Below, one piece after another: positions 53,101-64,000 of a stretch of 64,000 nucleotides of DNA (position 1 is the stretch's first letter; the number at the start of each line of letters is the position of its first letter). The notes beneath the pieces are model-generated. The model did not search any database. It was not told where the DNA came from and saw only the letters and a list, made by a program, of their open reading frames with translations. Source of the stretch: Perna viridis (Eukaryota); the NCBI GenBank assembly GCA_037379345.1, contig CM074516.1, positions 25,296,001 to 25,360,000 on the forward strand. The letters are read 5' to 3'. A program made the position numbers and the translations under genes.

Positions 53101-56100
53101 TGTGTGTGCCTAGCAAATTAATCATCATGACATTTGTTATATCTAAAGGCATTAATTTTGTCTTCTTTTTTTGCAACTCTACCGTTTTGTTTCGTAATTT
53201 CAATAAAAATATTCTTTTAGGTTTAGCTATCAAAAATATATATAAAGTATAAACTGAGGTAATATGAATTTGGAATTTGAAATATCTTAGAAAAAAATTC
53301 GTTAAACCTTTCTCAAAAGAAGAATGCTTGGGGAAACTACTGAAATCATACAATCAGCATGCAAGAAAATTTCAATTTATGCTATCTTCATTGCCATTGT
53401 TTGGAAGGAATAAATGCCTATCTTTGGCGAAAAACGTATATTCAAATCTATAAAAAAGAAAACACGAGTTGAAATACTTAAATAATTGACATTATTGAAT
53501 GAATTACTGCACCTTTCTACTATCTAAAACTCAATTAATACTAAGACAAATATTTGTGCCCAGTGTATTCAAATAAATGAATATCTAAAAGTCATATTTC
53601 AACACAAATAAGCAATTTTAAGCTGCCCATTTGTTTTGAAATATACCTAAAATAATGAGCCGTAATGATAGCGGGAGGTTTAGCACGCTATAAAACCTGG
53701 TATCAGCAACCATTCGATCCGACATGCCTAAACAAATTCAGGGCCATTGCGTCGGGTTCCAACTTGCCCTGATATTACCCTGATATTGCCTTTACTATAC
53801 CCTATTCCCTTTAAGACTTTTCGTTTTGACTACTGCCTAGATTTAATGAGTCTCATAATTTTGTCATTCCCCTTATAACAGACTTATTATAAGCGTTAAC
53901 TGTACATTTTGATAATTGTCATTGTAACACAGAACATTTAACGAACACACATGCACGTTTAAAGAATCAAGATATATGTATTGAAATTAATATATATTTT
54001 AGATGTGCTTTTTTAATATCCATGAAGAGAAAATGTAACTAAAAAAGATCCAGAAGTAAATTCAATGAGGAAAATGTAGTTGAAAAAGATAAAGAAGTAA
54101 GTATGTCTCTTTTAAGAAACATTACCAATTTGTTTTCAAATGAGTCCGTTTAGAATAAGCATTTTTCAGATATCTTTAAGCAATTTCCTTATTTTTGTAA
54201 AGCATATATTGAATTAAAGAACAATTTTAGAAATTGATGTTCATCAGTTCAGTCTCCAGCGGATATATACATTAGTAATCTTTTTATTTTAGAAAGTATC
54301 AAGGTTTTTCCACGTCTACATTACTAATAACAAGCATAGCACAACAATCACGGAGATGTGTTTATAGAAAAGAAAATGAGTTTCTCATGTACAAGACTGT
54401 TCCCGAATTGAGACGGTCAACAGTAGAACACTGGTCTACACTCTTTCCGACGAAAAGAAAAACAAATTAGAAATGTTTTGTTTATTTTGGATGTCGAACT
54501 CCAAATGTAACTTTACCATGCCGTGCAAATATTAGTGTAAGAGACCAAACAATCAAGGCAGAATATACAATGTATACAAATATTTGTTTATAACTACATA
54601 ACCTAAAAATGTTAAAATTTATCTTTGAAATATAGTGTTTATACCCTCGTCCATCTACCCATCAATAACGAGAGATTTTATTTGTTGTGTTTGATGCAAT
54701 GAGAACATTTTCGTGTTTAGATTTATGGGTTGTGATCTGCAGTTTTACCGTGATGTTAAATATGATCACAAAAGGTGACTTTTTAAACTAAATTTTGAAA
54801 TGTTTCTTCTTGTCAAATAGCAAGAAAATACAGGAATACGTTTAGTGACGTGCATTCAGTAGCCGTTAAAATTTGTCTAATAAGTACCATCTTTCCATTG
54901 AGCCAATTCTGATGTTTTGTATAAATTGGCTATTAGCTTTACTATTAACCAATCAATTTGTTCAGTGACAACAATCAAAAGACTATCTTTTTATTTCGAT
55001 CAAGATTTCAACCCATTCTAATCAGGACATCATACACAAGTATGTGGATGCACGGTATTATAGTTACGTAATATCCGCGACATTAAAGTAGTTGTAAATA
55101 AAAGAGGAAATAACTATTAACATGTATCAAGATGACACGATACCGATGCTCGTTAATTGCTTAAGTTTTCAACATTCTCTTTCGACCGTTTTCAGTTTTT
55201 AAATTACAGAAATGAACTGGGTGACTTATTTATGTTCTATTGTATTGCAGTCCGAATCCTAGTTCCCTTCAGTACTATATGCAATATAGCGTATGGATGA
55301 AAACAGTACGCTCACAGTCTTACTGGTTATACTAGTGGGTTACAAGACAAAAAGCAGTGAGATGATGTAATTAAGTTTAGGAAATAAAGATACCATATAA
55401 ACATGTGGAAAATTTAAAAAGGAATTCTAATAGCAGACTGGCACGAGACACATTATTTAACTTAGCAAACATGAGATCAAATGTGAACTTAATACAACTA
55501 ATAATTAGGACAACGGTAACAAGACTGTCTTCATTACTTAAATATCTTCTTGAAATTACAAAGATAATATCACACAAAAACAAATTCCTTAAAAGAAAAC
55601 AATTGACGTATTAGGCTATATTAGACGGAATATTTTGTTTTAATACAAGAGAAGAAAAAAAAACTATAATAAAAGTGTTTACATGATATATATCTGACAT
55701 TATAATTCCTACGCACAATATTTAGATACACGTTATTAATCTATATTGTTTCTGTCATGGAAGTATTGATATTATATGAAATACGACATAAATAAGTTTT
55801 TGAATAAAATGGTACACAATTGTGAAAGCAGAAGAGTATGAGTATGAACAGTAATACCATACTCGAAAGACAGACATCCTAAGGGTGAAAAACTAATCTA
55901 ATAAATAGATATCATTAAATATACATTTCGTTTGCCTTACTAATGCATTATTTTACTGGAAGCTATCGTTGATTTCAAGTGTTATTTAATGTTAGTATTA
56001 TTGTATATAAACTTTTGAAATGTTTTGTTTGGTTTTGTTAGTTAAATAAAAGACTTCAGTGAACCAAACAAAATTTGTTGTGGCGTTTATTAGATACTTG

Positions 56101-57463
56101 TAATGTAACATTTATAGTTCCATAAACCAGCTGATGAAGAGTTACTTGAAACGGTGTTATACGATATCACGATTAAATTCCGTATTTTGTGTATCCTTAT
56201 ACTTAATAACAGCAACTATTGTTTTTCTGTATTTAAATTTACTTTTAAAAAAGGACAAAAGGGCCTACAAAGTTAACTGTATTGATATTAAGTTATGACT
56301 GCATATTAAAGTAGACGATTGCATATATAACGTCCCATTAAATGGGTGTATAGTACAATGGGGAATGGCACATTGGGCAATGGGGAATGATGCACGAGGC
56401 ATAGCGCAAGAAAAATCGGAATTAATTATGTATATATTGATAAATTACGAAGACTAACATTATTTTAATTGTAAAATGTACTTAGTATGATAAAATGACT
56501 ATTACTAGACATATTTAATATGTAGTATTACGAATGAAGCTACGCCTAATATGAATAGGAAAAGTGACATTGGGAATTGGGCAATGGTAGGTCATGTACT
56601 AGAAAGGTATTACAATCTTAACATATAATAAGTGAACACTTTCATATCAAAGTTTCTGAAAGCAAACGTAATACTTGACACAGTACCTAAAATAAATTTA
56701 TTTTACTGGGCAAAAATCACCAAAAAGTCCAAATGGAAAACTACATTGCTACAAATTTTGCTTGAAAGATTTGTTTGAATATTATTTCTTTCTGTAAAGG
56801 AAAACGATATGGAAACAAGATGATTGTGTAATTGTACGACATATCTACGAGTTTATGGTCAAACTACTAACAAACACACTGTTCCCGTAGGGAATGGTCT
56901 GAATTTAAGCAATTCGTTTATGTTATCAATACATTTATACCCAAGGATTAGATGTAAAGTAATTTACAAAAGCTGGCAATTATGTCAAAAAAGTAAAGAT
57001 GGTGTTACCTTCCAAAATAAGAACTTACGTACAAATATTAGATAATTGATACTTCTTCAATTCTTTGTGGAACTTCTGAATTTGGAATTTAACTTAGAAT
57101 CGTAGCTTCTCGCGTTCTGACTATTTGTCGTGACAATGAGAACAGATTACCGAAGTAGATTTCTTATTTTGCATTTTTAAGTTATTGAAAACATTGTTGG
57201 CGAGGTATGACGGGTAAACTGAATGTGCTTTTTAAGGGAGCATTTAGTCGAAAAGTTGTGGAAAAACATTATGACTATAAGTTAATACTAACAGGAGCAA
57301 ACATTGGAAAAAAAATGTAAAAAAATAATAGTTTGAATATCAATAAGAAAACTCATTCACCTAACTTACCTATAGTGAGCTCTTTCGGTAACCCAGACAC
57401 ATGAATTAATAAGAGAAAGATAATTGAAGTATAAACAATGATCCTCTTGCTCGACACCATCAT
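21636..57463 (-). CDS. GRIK: Ionotropic glutamate receptor, kainate class (GluK/GRIK2-like), complete 14-exon CDS, 936 aa: join(complement(57370..57463,43987..44145,39913..40167,31478..31659,29886..29939,29488..29661,28535..28687,27827..27928,26944..27039,25736..25948,24538..25098,23324..23549,22733..22998,21636..21911))
   Basis: All 13 introns are GT-AG with compatible phases and total length is 2811 nt. Motifs: [93 protein letters not shown]. Kainate-type TPMGS (Met where AMPA receptors have Lys) and tail [16 protein letters not shown]. Confidence 0.95.
22733..22998 (-). CDS. GRIK: GRIK-like exon 13 (end of S2, M4: GSPLRDKL...KWW...[13 protein letters not shown]...KEDR)
   Basis: Acceptor tactatag, donor GTAAGA, 266 nt, phase 1-0. 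Confidence 0.96.
23324..23549 (-). CDS. GRIK: GRIK-like exon 12 (S2: [14 protein letters not shown]...YAFFMEST...[22 protein letters not shown])
   Basis: Acceptor ttttgatgtag, donor GTAAAG, 226 nt, phase 0-1. Confidence 0.96.
23811..24395 (+). mobile_element. 5'-truncated Penelope-like (Naiad-type) retroelement in GRIK intron 11 (antisense to gene)
   Basis: [43 protein letters not shown]...[30 protein letters not shown] plus the full 3' module. Confidence 0.88.
24538..25098 (-). CDS. GRIK: GRIK-like exon 11 (end of S1, M1, M2 pore loop with Q at the Q/R site, M3, start of S2)
   Basis: Acceptor tcttttcag, donor GTTAGA, 561 nt. [16 protein letters not shown]...MQQGSD...[11 protein letters not shown]...GTTMAFFK. 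Confidence 0.97.
25736..25948 (-). CDS. GRIK: GRIK-like exon 10 (S1: EAPYV...[17 protein letters not shown]...YG...[11 protein letters not shown])
   Basis: Acceptor tatttttcag, donor GTATTG, 213 nt. Canonical S1 motifs. Confidence 0.96.
26944..27039 (-). CDS. GRIK: GRIK-like exon 9 ([13 protein letters not shown]...[12 protein letters not shown]; ATD-S1 linker)
   Basis: Acceptor ttttattttag, donor GTATGT, 96 nt. GTW....GLN and NKTLIV motifs. Confidence 0.93.
27827..27928 (-). CDS. GRIK: GRIK-like exon 8 ([17 protein letters not shown]...EGLEK)
   Basis: Acceptor attttaaag, donor GTAGGT, 102 nt. GLTG and G.R motifs. Confidence 0.92.
28005..28222. repeat. A-rich (AAAC)n low-complexity tract in intron 7
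   Basis: Directly visible. Similar tracts at about 26225-26280, 39660-39720 and 46300-46425. Confidence 0.85.
28535..28687 (-). CDS. GRIK: GRIK-like exon 7 ([10 protein letters not shown]...[21 protein letters not shown])
   Basis: Acceptor tgttgcag, donor GTATGT, 153 nt. ALLFDAV and SC....PW..G ATD motifs. Confidence 0.94.
29488..29661 (-). CDS. GRIK: GRIK-like exon 6 ([24 protein letters not shown]...QNVIP)
   Basis: Acceptor ctgttttag, donor GTAATT, 174 nt. [10 protein letters not shown] motif. Confidence 0.93.
29886..29939 (-). CDS. GRIK: GRIK-like exon 5 ([18 protein letters not shown])
   Basis: Acceptor tatttcag, donor GTAAGT, 54 nt, phase 0-0. Matches the kainate GM..YYHY..TTLD motif. 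Confidence 0.93.
30015..30245 (+). mobile_element. Old, divergent Penelope-like 3' module (related subfamily)
   Basis: GACGGGTGCC..AGCAGGACACGCTTACTCTTCCTGAGTACA aligns with CGGGTG..AGCAGAGGACGCTTACCCTACCGGTGCA of the younger copies. Confidence 0.5.
31478..31659 (-). CDS. GRIK: GRIK-like exon 4 (ATD: GLAKMQYVI...NIIVDL...LLKM)
   Basis: Acceptor tttttgttctag, donor GTAATA, 182 nt, phase 1-0. Confidence 0.92.
33350..34393 (-). mobile_element. Degenerate Penelope-like (Naiad-type) reverse transcriptase pseudo-ORF (second subfamily), running into an assembly gap
   Basis: Minus-strand fragments [14 protein letters not shown] (PADKASNN-like), [32 protein letters not shown] (GIPMG motif), YRYIEHVLS (decayed YIDD), [36 protein letters not shown]. 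Frameshifts, stops and deletions present. Confidence 0.85.
34394..34591. other. Assembly gap (N run)
   Basis: Ns. Confidence 1.
35658..35838 (+). mobile_element. Penelope-like (Naiad-type) 3'-end fragment
   Basis: Near-identical to the 3' module of the 23811-24395 copy. Confidence 0.82.
36307..36380 (+). ncRNA. Degenerate HDV-like ribozyme fold at the LINE 5' end (probably inactive)
   Basis: P1 CCAGTC/GGCTCG, P2 AGATAAG/CCCATCT, P3 CCT/AGG with 8-nt loop, P4 CCT/AGG and J4/2 GTAG occur in canonical HDV order. The catalytic C position reads T. Confidence 0.45.
36310..39166 (+). mobile_element. Decayed non-LTR retrotransposon (APE endonuclease plus RT; Ingi/I-group-like) with intact ends and 12-bp TSD, in GRIK intron 3
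   Basis: Fragments IVQWNAEGL and [14 protein letters not shown] (APE); [60 protein letters not shown] (RT). 3' tail ACAAGAAGAA. TSD GACGTATTTCCA at 36298-36309 and 39167-39178. Confidence 0.92.
39913..40167 (-). CDS. GRIK: GRIK-like exon 3 (ATD: [17 protein letters not shown]...IPHLE...FSVNLHP...IYGNNE)
   Basis: Acceptor ttttgcag, donor GTAAGC, 255 nt, phase 1-1. ALFGP, IPHL and VNLHP ATD motifs plus the conserved Cys. Confidence 0.94.
41674..42448. mobile_element. tRNA-headed (SINE-like) element present as interleaved direct and inverted pieces around an (AT)n tract
   Basis: A box TGGCCGAGTGG (42172-42182) and B box GTTCGAGTC (42239-42247). Inverted arm pairs 41674-41766/41813-41901, 42166-42210/42286-42330 and 41900-41997/42351-42448. 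Confidence 0.8.
43146..43369 (+). mobile_element. Penelope-like (Naiad-type) 3'-end fragment
   Basis: Near-consensus 3' module CTAGAAAAGCAGAGGACGCTT..ACCGGTGCACCTGGTCCATGCTCCC..GGAGTCCGAGTTGCTCAT... Confidence 0.85.
43987..44145 (-). CDS. GRIK: GRIK-like exon 2 (ATD: [25 protein letters not shown]...DLFKATKE)
   Basis: Acceptor ttttttatgcag, donor GTAGGT, 159 nt, phase 1-1. Typical iGluR ATD AF.AI..IN motif. Confidence 0.92.
46960..48618. mobile_element. Decayed non-autonomous DNA transposon rich in AACGTT/GACGT sub-repeats
   Basis: Dense GACGT/AACGT motifs at about 47140-47330 and 48230-48605. Right end TGTGTTTACTGGG is TIR-like; the left end is poorly preserved. Confidence 0.4.
49822..49979. 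repeat. 158-bp near-perfect palindrome (foldback MITE-like) in GRIK intron 1
   Basis: TAAGAATTGGCTATGATAAAA..TTTGTC..TGAAAAAT.ACATAAATT.TCCATGTGCATATT..TGTTTATTG mirrored on the right arm. Confidence 0.85.
57370..57463 (-). CDS. GRIK: GRIK-like exon 1: signal peptide [31 protein letters not shown](G)
   Basis: ATG ATG preceded by an in-frame upstream TAA (57485-57487). Basic n-region, hydrophobic core and VSG cleavage site. Donor G|GTAAGT in phase 1 matches exon 2 and gives the typical ATD start IGGLF. Confidence 0.85.
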
Positions 57464-60400
57464 GAGGACGGGACGACATAGTCCTTAGCACTCACGTCAA
57501 ATATGTTCATTAGCTACACGTATAAATTCGAACTAAACAAGATATAATGAAACAGACAAAACTGCTTTAAACACAATAATTAAAAATTTCGTATCACAAA
57601 AATATCATTCTTCAGTATGTTTATCGCGTTCACATTTCTAAACAATTCCCATAGAGAAACTCTTTCAAGACGAAGCAGAGCAAGAACTGAAATTTACTTT
57701 CAAAGCACTCAGAAACAAAGTTCTTCGTTGTCGCATTTGATCAGTTACTTTACTGGTATCCTCGCAGAGGGAATAACTGTAGAGCATATTTTGAAACGTG
57801 ATACAGACAATGAGAAAATTGAATTAACTAAAACTTAGCATGAATCAATCACTAACTCCGAAGACACCAAAGGGAATATCGGAATTTCGATAATTTTTCT
57901 TACTATCTTTCCACCACAAACTGCGACCTTACTCTCACGCACGATTTAACATCTGAGCTTTTTTTGTAAATAGCATTGGTTCTCTCGTTATATCCTATAA
58001 TCAATTCAGTGAATAAAACATATCATTTGGTTACATAGATAATTATAGAGTAATACTATCTCTATTCTACACGAAAATAAGGCGGTGATAACAGCTTATT
58101 GACAAATCAGTAATTAGTTTGCGCCAATGAATTTCTCATAGATTTTTTTTCTAATAATTCGATGTAAGAATATGTTTACTCTATTTATAATGATATGCAT
58201 TTAATGTTACTGTATATTGTCATACCGTTTGTTTGTGTATTTAAGAAAGTGAAAATCTACCAAGTAATAGTTTGTTCGTTATCCACAATAAGCATTTGCA
58301 TCGTGAACGATGGAAGAAAACAATATTGCCAATTATTATTTTGCAGCTGAATATAATTTTTGTTTCACTGTTAGTAAAGTCATTTGAAGTTTTGTAACAG
58401 AAGATAACACATATTTTGGCGTTTTCTCGATAAATTTATATCTGTACTCATTGAAGCATTAAAATTCCGTAAAATTTCTAAACTATCCGATGAACAAATG
58501 ATTTGATTAATTTTTTTATTAAATATGTTAAATGTGTTTATTTTTTAGCAAAAAAAAGAAGACTTAACAAAACAAAACTGATTATGTATATGCTAAAAAT
58601 TAAAAAAAAGTATACACCGTATGTTTTGTGACAGCAGGTTTTATAATGGGTATATCTATTAACGTTTTTATCATATACAGGTAAATGCCAACCGGGAATA
58701 TTTATAGATGAAAACATGTAATAACAATGTTAAAAAACAACGATGCGCTTCAAGACAGACTGAGAATCTATTAGGCAAGTTTTCAGAATTCTCGATCTCT
58801 AATTGTCTACGATTATATATACTAATTGGTATTACAGCACAAGCACATAATGCATGCTTCCATGTGAATAAGAAGAAAATGTCAAGTAGAAAGCAGGTGC
58901 CTATTGATCTGATAAAAATACATGCCTGTGGCAAGAGTAACCTCAATAGCGACTGTCGATAAATTTCAAACATGACCGCTAGCAACTTGTGGGTGGGAAA
59001 ATACAGAAGACCATCGACGAGAAAACTTTCTCCTTGCACTCTGAATCAATCAATAGACGAAGTAAAATCAGAACACTCTATTTAAGTTTTGATATTAAAC
59101 AGCACTTTTTTGCCTAAACATTAATGAAAACCATATTAAGTATTATCAATTGAGAATATATCTTTTCTCAAATGTCATATTTTCCTATCAAATATTTTGA
59201 ACATAAATGTTTTAGATCTTAAATCCAAAATCATACTCAAATAAGTATTTTGTGTTTTTTTATCACTATCCGCACCCATTGTAAGTTTTACTTTTTTATT
59301 TTTGAAATGCGTCAATAGAACTTACACATTTTAGTTACCAACACGGAGCTCGTGTTCACAATCACACTTTCATTAAAACCACAGGAAAGGCAATACATTT
59401 GAAAATGATTGAATAAGAGCAGCAAAAAATATTATTCCATTCCATGGACTAATAGATTATCTATTGTAATAATACGGCAGAAAAAAAAAACTTTCAAGTT
59501 TATTCAACATTGTTCTGCCATTATTTACGCCTTGTTAAATTCCAATATCATTCTTACTATTTCTTTCTGAGTCTTGATGTGACGATTAACATTAATACAT
59601 TAACTGAATTGAACACTTGTTCAGCATCAAGTCATTACTGTCAGTGATAGATCAAATTGAATTTATTAGGATACAAATTTAATAAGTACTCAAATAATCG
59701 TAAAATTAGATACTTCAAGGAGATAGCAGCTTTTAAGATTTTCTCAGAAGACGCTATGCACTCAAACGTCTACATTAAAACCAAATATTTTTTTTTCAAA
59801 TCAAAGGAAGAAGAAACGTGAGAAGATAATGTACCAAACACCGCCTGTCTGATTAGACGAGTAATAAATGTTTGTTTAAAGATCAATCTCATTTTTGTTT
59901 TGTAAAATCGATCCATTAAAAAGTCACAAATAAAATTGTAAATTTCTCAAGTATTATACAAAAACCGAGACAGAAATACAAGTTTGGTCTGTTTTACTAA
60001 TGACAGACTATTGTTTAAATAGTGTCATCGTATATCCACTTACCAAAAACTCCATTGCATGAAGACGATAATGATTTAAACAGGTTTGTTAGAATTGATA
60101 TATCATGGGTAGTATAAATATAAATGGTGTATTTTCTTGAGTCCTAGAGTTCACTCCAATCTTAAATTTCGACCAATATGATTAAGTAACTTTGGCGTTA
60201 AGGACTGAGTTGAGAAATTACTCAATTGGAGTATTGTTTTTGAAGAAACACGGTTCCGTAGATTATTTGTATAGACGGATGTTAGGATTAACTTATAAAT
60301 ATAAAGACAAAAGGTATTGTCAATATGTCCGAAAAGGCAATAACACAACTTGGATGACAATTGCAGCCCAAGGCCACCCATCAATGAACACTTACACTAC

Positions 60401-63135
60401 AGGGCAGGCTGTAGCTGGCCCCCAAAACATCATTCTACACAGGTAGAGCGAAAGAGTTGTCCCTGTATGCTCAAGTAACATCAACATAAACTAAAGGTGA
60501 AAACGAAACAGAAACGAAACTAATTTTAACACAAGATGAATACTAAAGTGCAGTTATCATTATGACATATGTAAACGATTAAAACGATAAATGGCAAATT
60601 CATTGAGATAATACTAAATTAAAACAAGCGAAGTATGAATTTTGAGCACTTGCGATGCATGTAATTTCATAACTTAAACGTATTTTGAAATCATATTAAA
60701 ACGTATAAATGTAACTTAGAGCACAAAAATTACAACAGTCATATTGTGATATTTTCTTATCTAGCTTTAAATAACTGCAATATCTCATTTTGTCTATATG
60801 CTGTATGTTGAGGTACTACATGTGTATTATTGAATGGATGTTTTGGTGTGTTTACAGCAATTTTTACCTTACACTAAAGTTGGTAGGTTTAGGTCTTATA
60901 ATATTAGATTAACCCCAACGAAGATTTTAAACATGCACCTATCCACAGTCAGTCAAAATATGTTGCCATTAATGTGTCTTTGTGTCAATATATTAATTTT
61001 CAGTTTGATTTTGAACAATTTTTATCGCTCTAGCTTTTACCATGAGTTTTGTTACTTTTTTTAGTGGAGCCTTCAAGGGCTTACTTGAAAATGCATTTAC
61101 ATGTGTTTAAGACCTTTTGGTAATCTCTGAAGTATTTATTTTTTTTCCAGATTCTACGCTGCTATAATTAACTATATCCATTCTTTTTTCCATAAGTTTT
61201 CATTTAATTCGATACTAAAGCCAAAAACAAAAGATTAATAAATGGGTTTCCAGTTTGCATATCAAGTTTTAGATTGCAAGTCACGAAAAATGTCAATTTA
61301 TCGTGATTACGAAACATAAGACAACAATTTGATGATTATTCAAATATATGGGAAAGTTATCACTTCCTTTTTAACGTTTGCTTGTACCATTGTTTCAAAA
61401 ACAAATATTGATCATCCTGGAGACATGTTATATTAATACTTTCAAATTGATTGCAAAATTTACGTGGGATAAACAATGGGATTTTCCGACCAGGTTCAGA
61501 TTAAGATTTTTTTCGTTTGCCTGTCTTCCTTCACAAAGATACTTGTTAAATGAAAGACCTGAAATTTCGTGGCAGGAAGTCTATGTATTACACTTCATTT
61601 TAATTTGTGCCGATTACACATTTGATCAAAGGTTATCATATAAAACACATAACTGATGATATCACAAGTTTTGTTACTCCACCACACTATCCTTTCTACT
61701 ATTTAGATGCATGTATTAATATCTTTACTGATCAACATATTTGTTTATTCAGTCCATCTGCTTTTCGGTTCAGCTGATATGTACTTGACAGTTATTCCTT
61801 ATACAATATTTCAAAACATACAGATAAAGTAAAGTAGAAAAATTAATTACACATTAAGATATCAAAATAATAACATTATTTCGGTATTTTCGATACAATC
61901 ATTGGTTTGACACATCAAGCTGGTATAAGCACTTAGCCTTTTTAAATGATTAAATCATGAAATACATGCATCTGTCCAGTAAAAATAAAAAAAAAAGATT
62001 TTGTATTGACCCGAACAATCCTCCACTCGACGTTTGATAAAATCATAAATATTTAGATACCATATATATTCAGAAGACCCAGACTTTTTTCACCACCGAC
62101 AACAATTCATGTTCATTTTGAAAGAATATTATATGCAAACAATAGTATTACATAACAAGCCGAATGTCTTGGATCAAATCGTTCATTTCAATACTCGTAT
62201 TTCGTGCTATACTGTTGATTAAACTTTATGCATGACGTTTATTGTTGATATTTCACTCTAGATCATTATAATTTCATTTGTTACATCCATTCCAGGAACT
62301 AATTGTGCATTTATTGTAATGTGTATCATTAATATGGGTAAATTACTACATGGGATGGGTTTATAGGTTTACATCCTATTTTTTTGAATTTCATATCAAT
62401 ATGATAAATTATTGACTTGAAAGATAAAACTGAGTGTAGATTAGTCTACAACGAATAACTCAAAACTTTCAACAAAGAATGCATTTTTTTATCTATATAA
62501 TCCAGTAAATCTATATCATTCAACTCTTATATCGTCGTCTGTCAACGGAGAAACTTTTCTCTATCTAGCAAGCTAGCGACAGCCTTGTGTTCGATTTTGA
62601 TTTCCTTCCACAGAAATAACAAAATTACAAATGTGCCGAAAACTCCTATATTTTCAAATTGACATTATCAAAAATCTCTAACAGCGCAAAACACCAAAAA
62701 TGAACAACAGAAAAAAAAAGACACGATATATTCTTTAAGCACAAAAAGGTATATGTATTTATACACAGTTTCTGTTTTGTCAAAATTTTACAGGATAGAT
62801 AATGCTAATTACAATTCGAATACTTTATTACAGAAACTAATTCTATTTCAAAAGTTTTACTCGTTGTTTGTTAGGGTATAGATATCTCAGTTACACGCAA
62901 AAAGGATTTGGTCCCAATGTCGTAGTTACCCATTTCATTTTAAGCCGTTTGGGTCATATAAACAGGTCTTCGGGTATTTGTAAACTAACATACCCAACCA
63001 GTTCACCTGGTAAAAAGGTGCCTGTCTTGCTCATTTACGGTTAAATTCATTCTTTCAGTTACATTTAATTTGTTATTTGTGGTGTCTTGTTTCATTGTCT
63101 AGAGTTTGTCCCAGGCTAATGGATATTATAATTTC

Positions 63136-63415
63136 AGTTAACCGGACATCACCAAATAAGCAGACAATATCACCGGATAACCGGTAAACTTCACCGGATA
63201 ATCTGACTAAACCACCAGTTAACCGGACAACACCATCGGATAACTGGAAAACCAGATAATAACAACGGATAACTGGATAATAATACCAGATAAATGGATA
63301 GTGTCACTGGATAATCATGTAACGTCAAACGATAGCCAGTAACATCGCCGGATAACCGAACATTACCAGTAGATACAGTTGTATCCGGATAACATAAATG
63401 GATAATCTGATTATA
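63136..63415. repeat. Degenerate minisatellite built on ACCGGATA/CCGGATAACCGG units (~20-bp period)
   Basis: More than a dozen variants of (C)ACCGGATAA / ACTGGATAA in tandem. Confidence 0.8.
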
Positions 63416-63924
63416 CCATAACATAGTAAAAATACCAACATATCAACAGGCAGAATAGGCTGATCTTCAAATTCAAAGCAACGATCATTAGTGATGTCCA
63501 CAACTCCCTGGAGGACTACTGACTTTTGCCTATACACTTATTTCTTCCACTAGACTGATATAGATATTTCTTCTACAACCTCCATCAAAAAGTGAGATGT
63601 ACTTTGAAACCGAAGGTCTAGAAATTACACCGTAAAACTCCGTTGTCAACTAACAGGACTTCAAACAAGTAATACTCAAAGAAGAATGTGTTATCAAAAA
63701 GCGTGTCCAGTCTTACGGATCATACAATGTAAAAACCCAATTCAACAGACAAGGTAGACTAAACATCTCTAATCTCAGCCCTACGACCAGTAAAAAACGC
63801 ACTAGGTATCTATTTAAAAATCCGAAGTAGAAGCTTAACAAAGAATTTTTTAAGCGACCTAGACCGTAAGCAAATCCCATATTGACTTCGAGTGATATGC
63901 CAAACAAATTCAGGAACAGCCAAT

Positions 63925-64000
63925 GTTACTTTATGTTCTTTGCTGTATATGTCTGTTTTCCATGTCTGGTCTTTGTCCCTGGATTACATTCTTTTGAATA
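63925..64000 (+). mobile_element. Penelope-like (Naiad-type) 3'-end fragment, truncated by window end
   Basis: GTTACTTTATGTTCTTTG..GTCTGTTTTCCATGTCTGGTCTTTGTCCCTGGATTACATTCTTTTGA matches the family 3' region. Confidence 0.78.

Noticed and set aside
56125-56180. Hammerhead ribozyme core (CTGATGA...GAAAC)
   Set aside because: Stem II is weak and no stem I/III complement or NUH site can be formed. Other CTGATGA hits (about 7706, 35426) also fail.
53660-61100. Very decayed interspersed repeats near 53660-53760, 60300-60430 and 60870-61100
   Set aside because: They resemble bivalve repeat tails but are too degenerate to delimit or classify without a library search.
63136-63415. CRISPR-like array
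   Set aside because: Eukaryotic context, degenerate units, no unique constant-length spacers and no cas genes.
63590-63920. Possible coding remnant of a retroelement N-terminus
   Set aside because: Interrupted by stops, with no diagnostic motif I can confirm.

Overview
AT-rich eukaryotic (animal) genomic DNA with three assembly gaps. The repeat families suggest a bivalve mollusc (inference). The window holds one complete multi-exon gene on the minus strand, a kainate-class ionotropic glutamate receptor subunit (GRIK-like). I reconstructed 14 coding exons by hand between 57463 and 21636. All introns are GT-AG with consistent phases, giving 2811 nt, i.e. 936 aa plus stop. The protein has a signal peptide, ATD, S1, M1-M2(Q)-M3 (SYTANLAAF), S2, M4 and a GluK2-like di-cysteine tail. 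The stop codon overlaps a 5' splice site (GAG|GTATGA), and a strong in-frame acceptor 1.65 kb downstream suggests an alternative C-terminal exon. The rest is intron or intergenic DNA with many transposon relics. These include about 11 fragments of permuted-domain (Naiad-type) Penelope-like retroelements with a conserved structured 3' RNA, one flanked by a ~143-bp direct duplication. There is also an Ingi/I-group LINE relic with both ends, a 12-bp TSD and a degenerate HDV-like ribozyme fold. Finally there are a tRNA-headed element in a tandem/inverted arrangement, a Meta-type SINE, several foldback MITEs and microsatellites. Most short ORFs in the supplied track are spurious.
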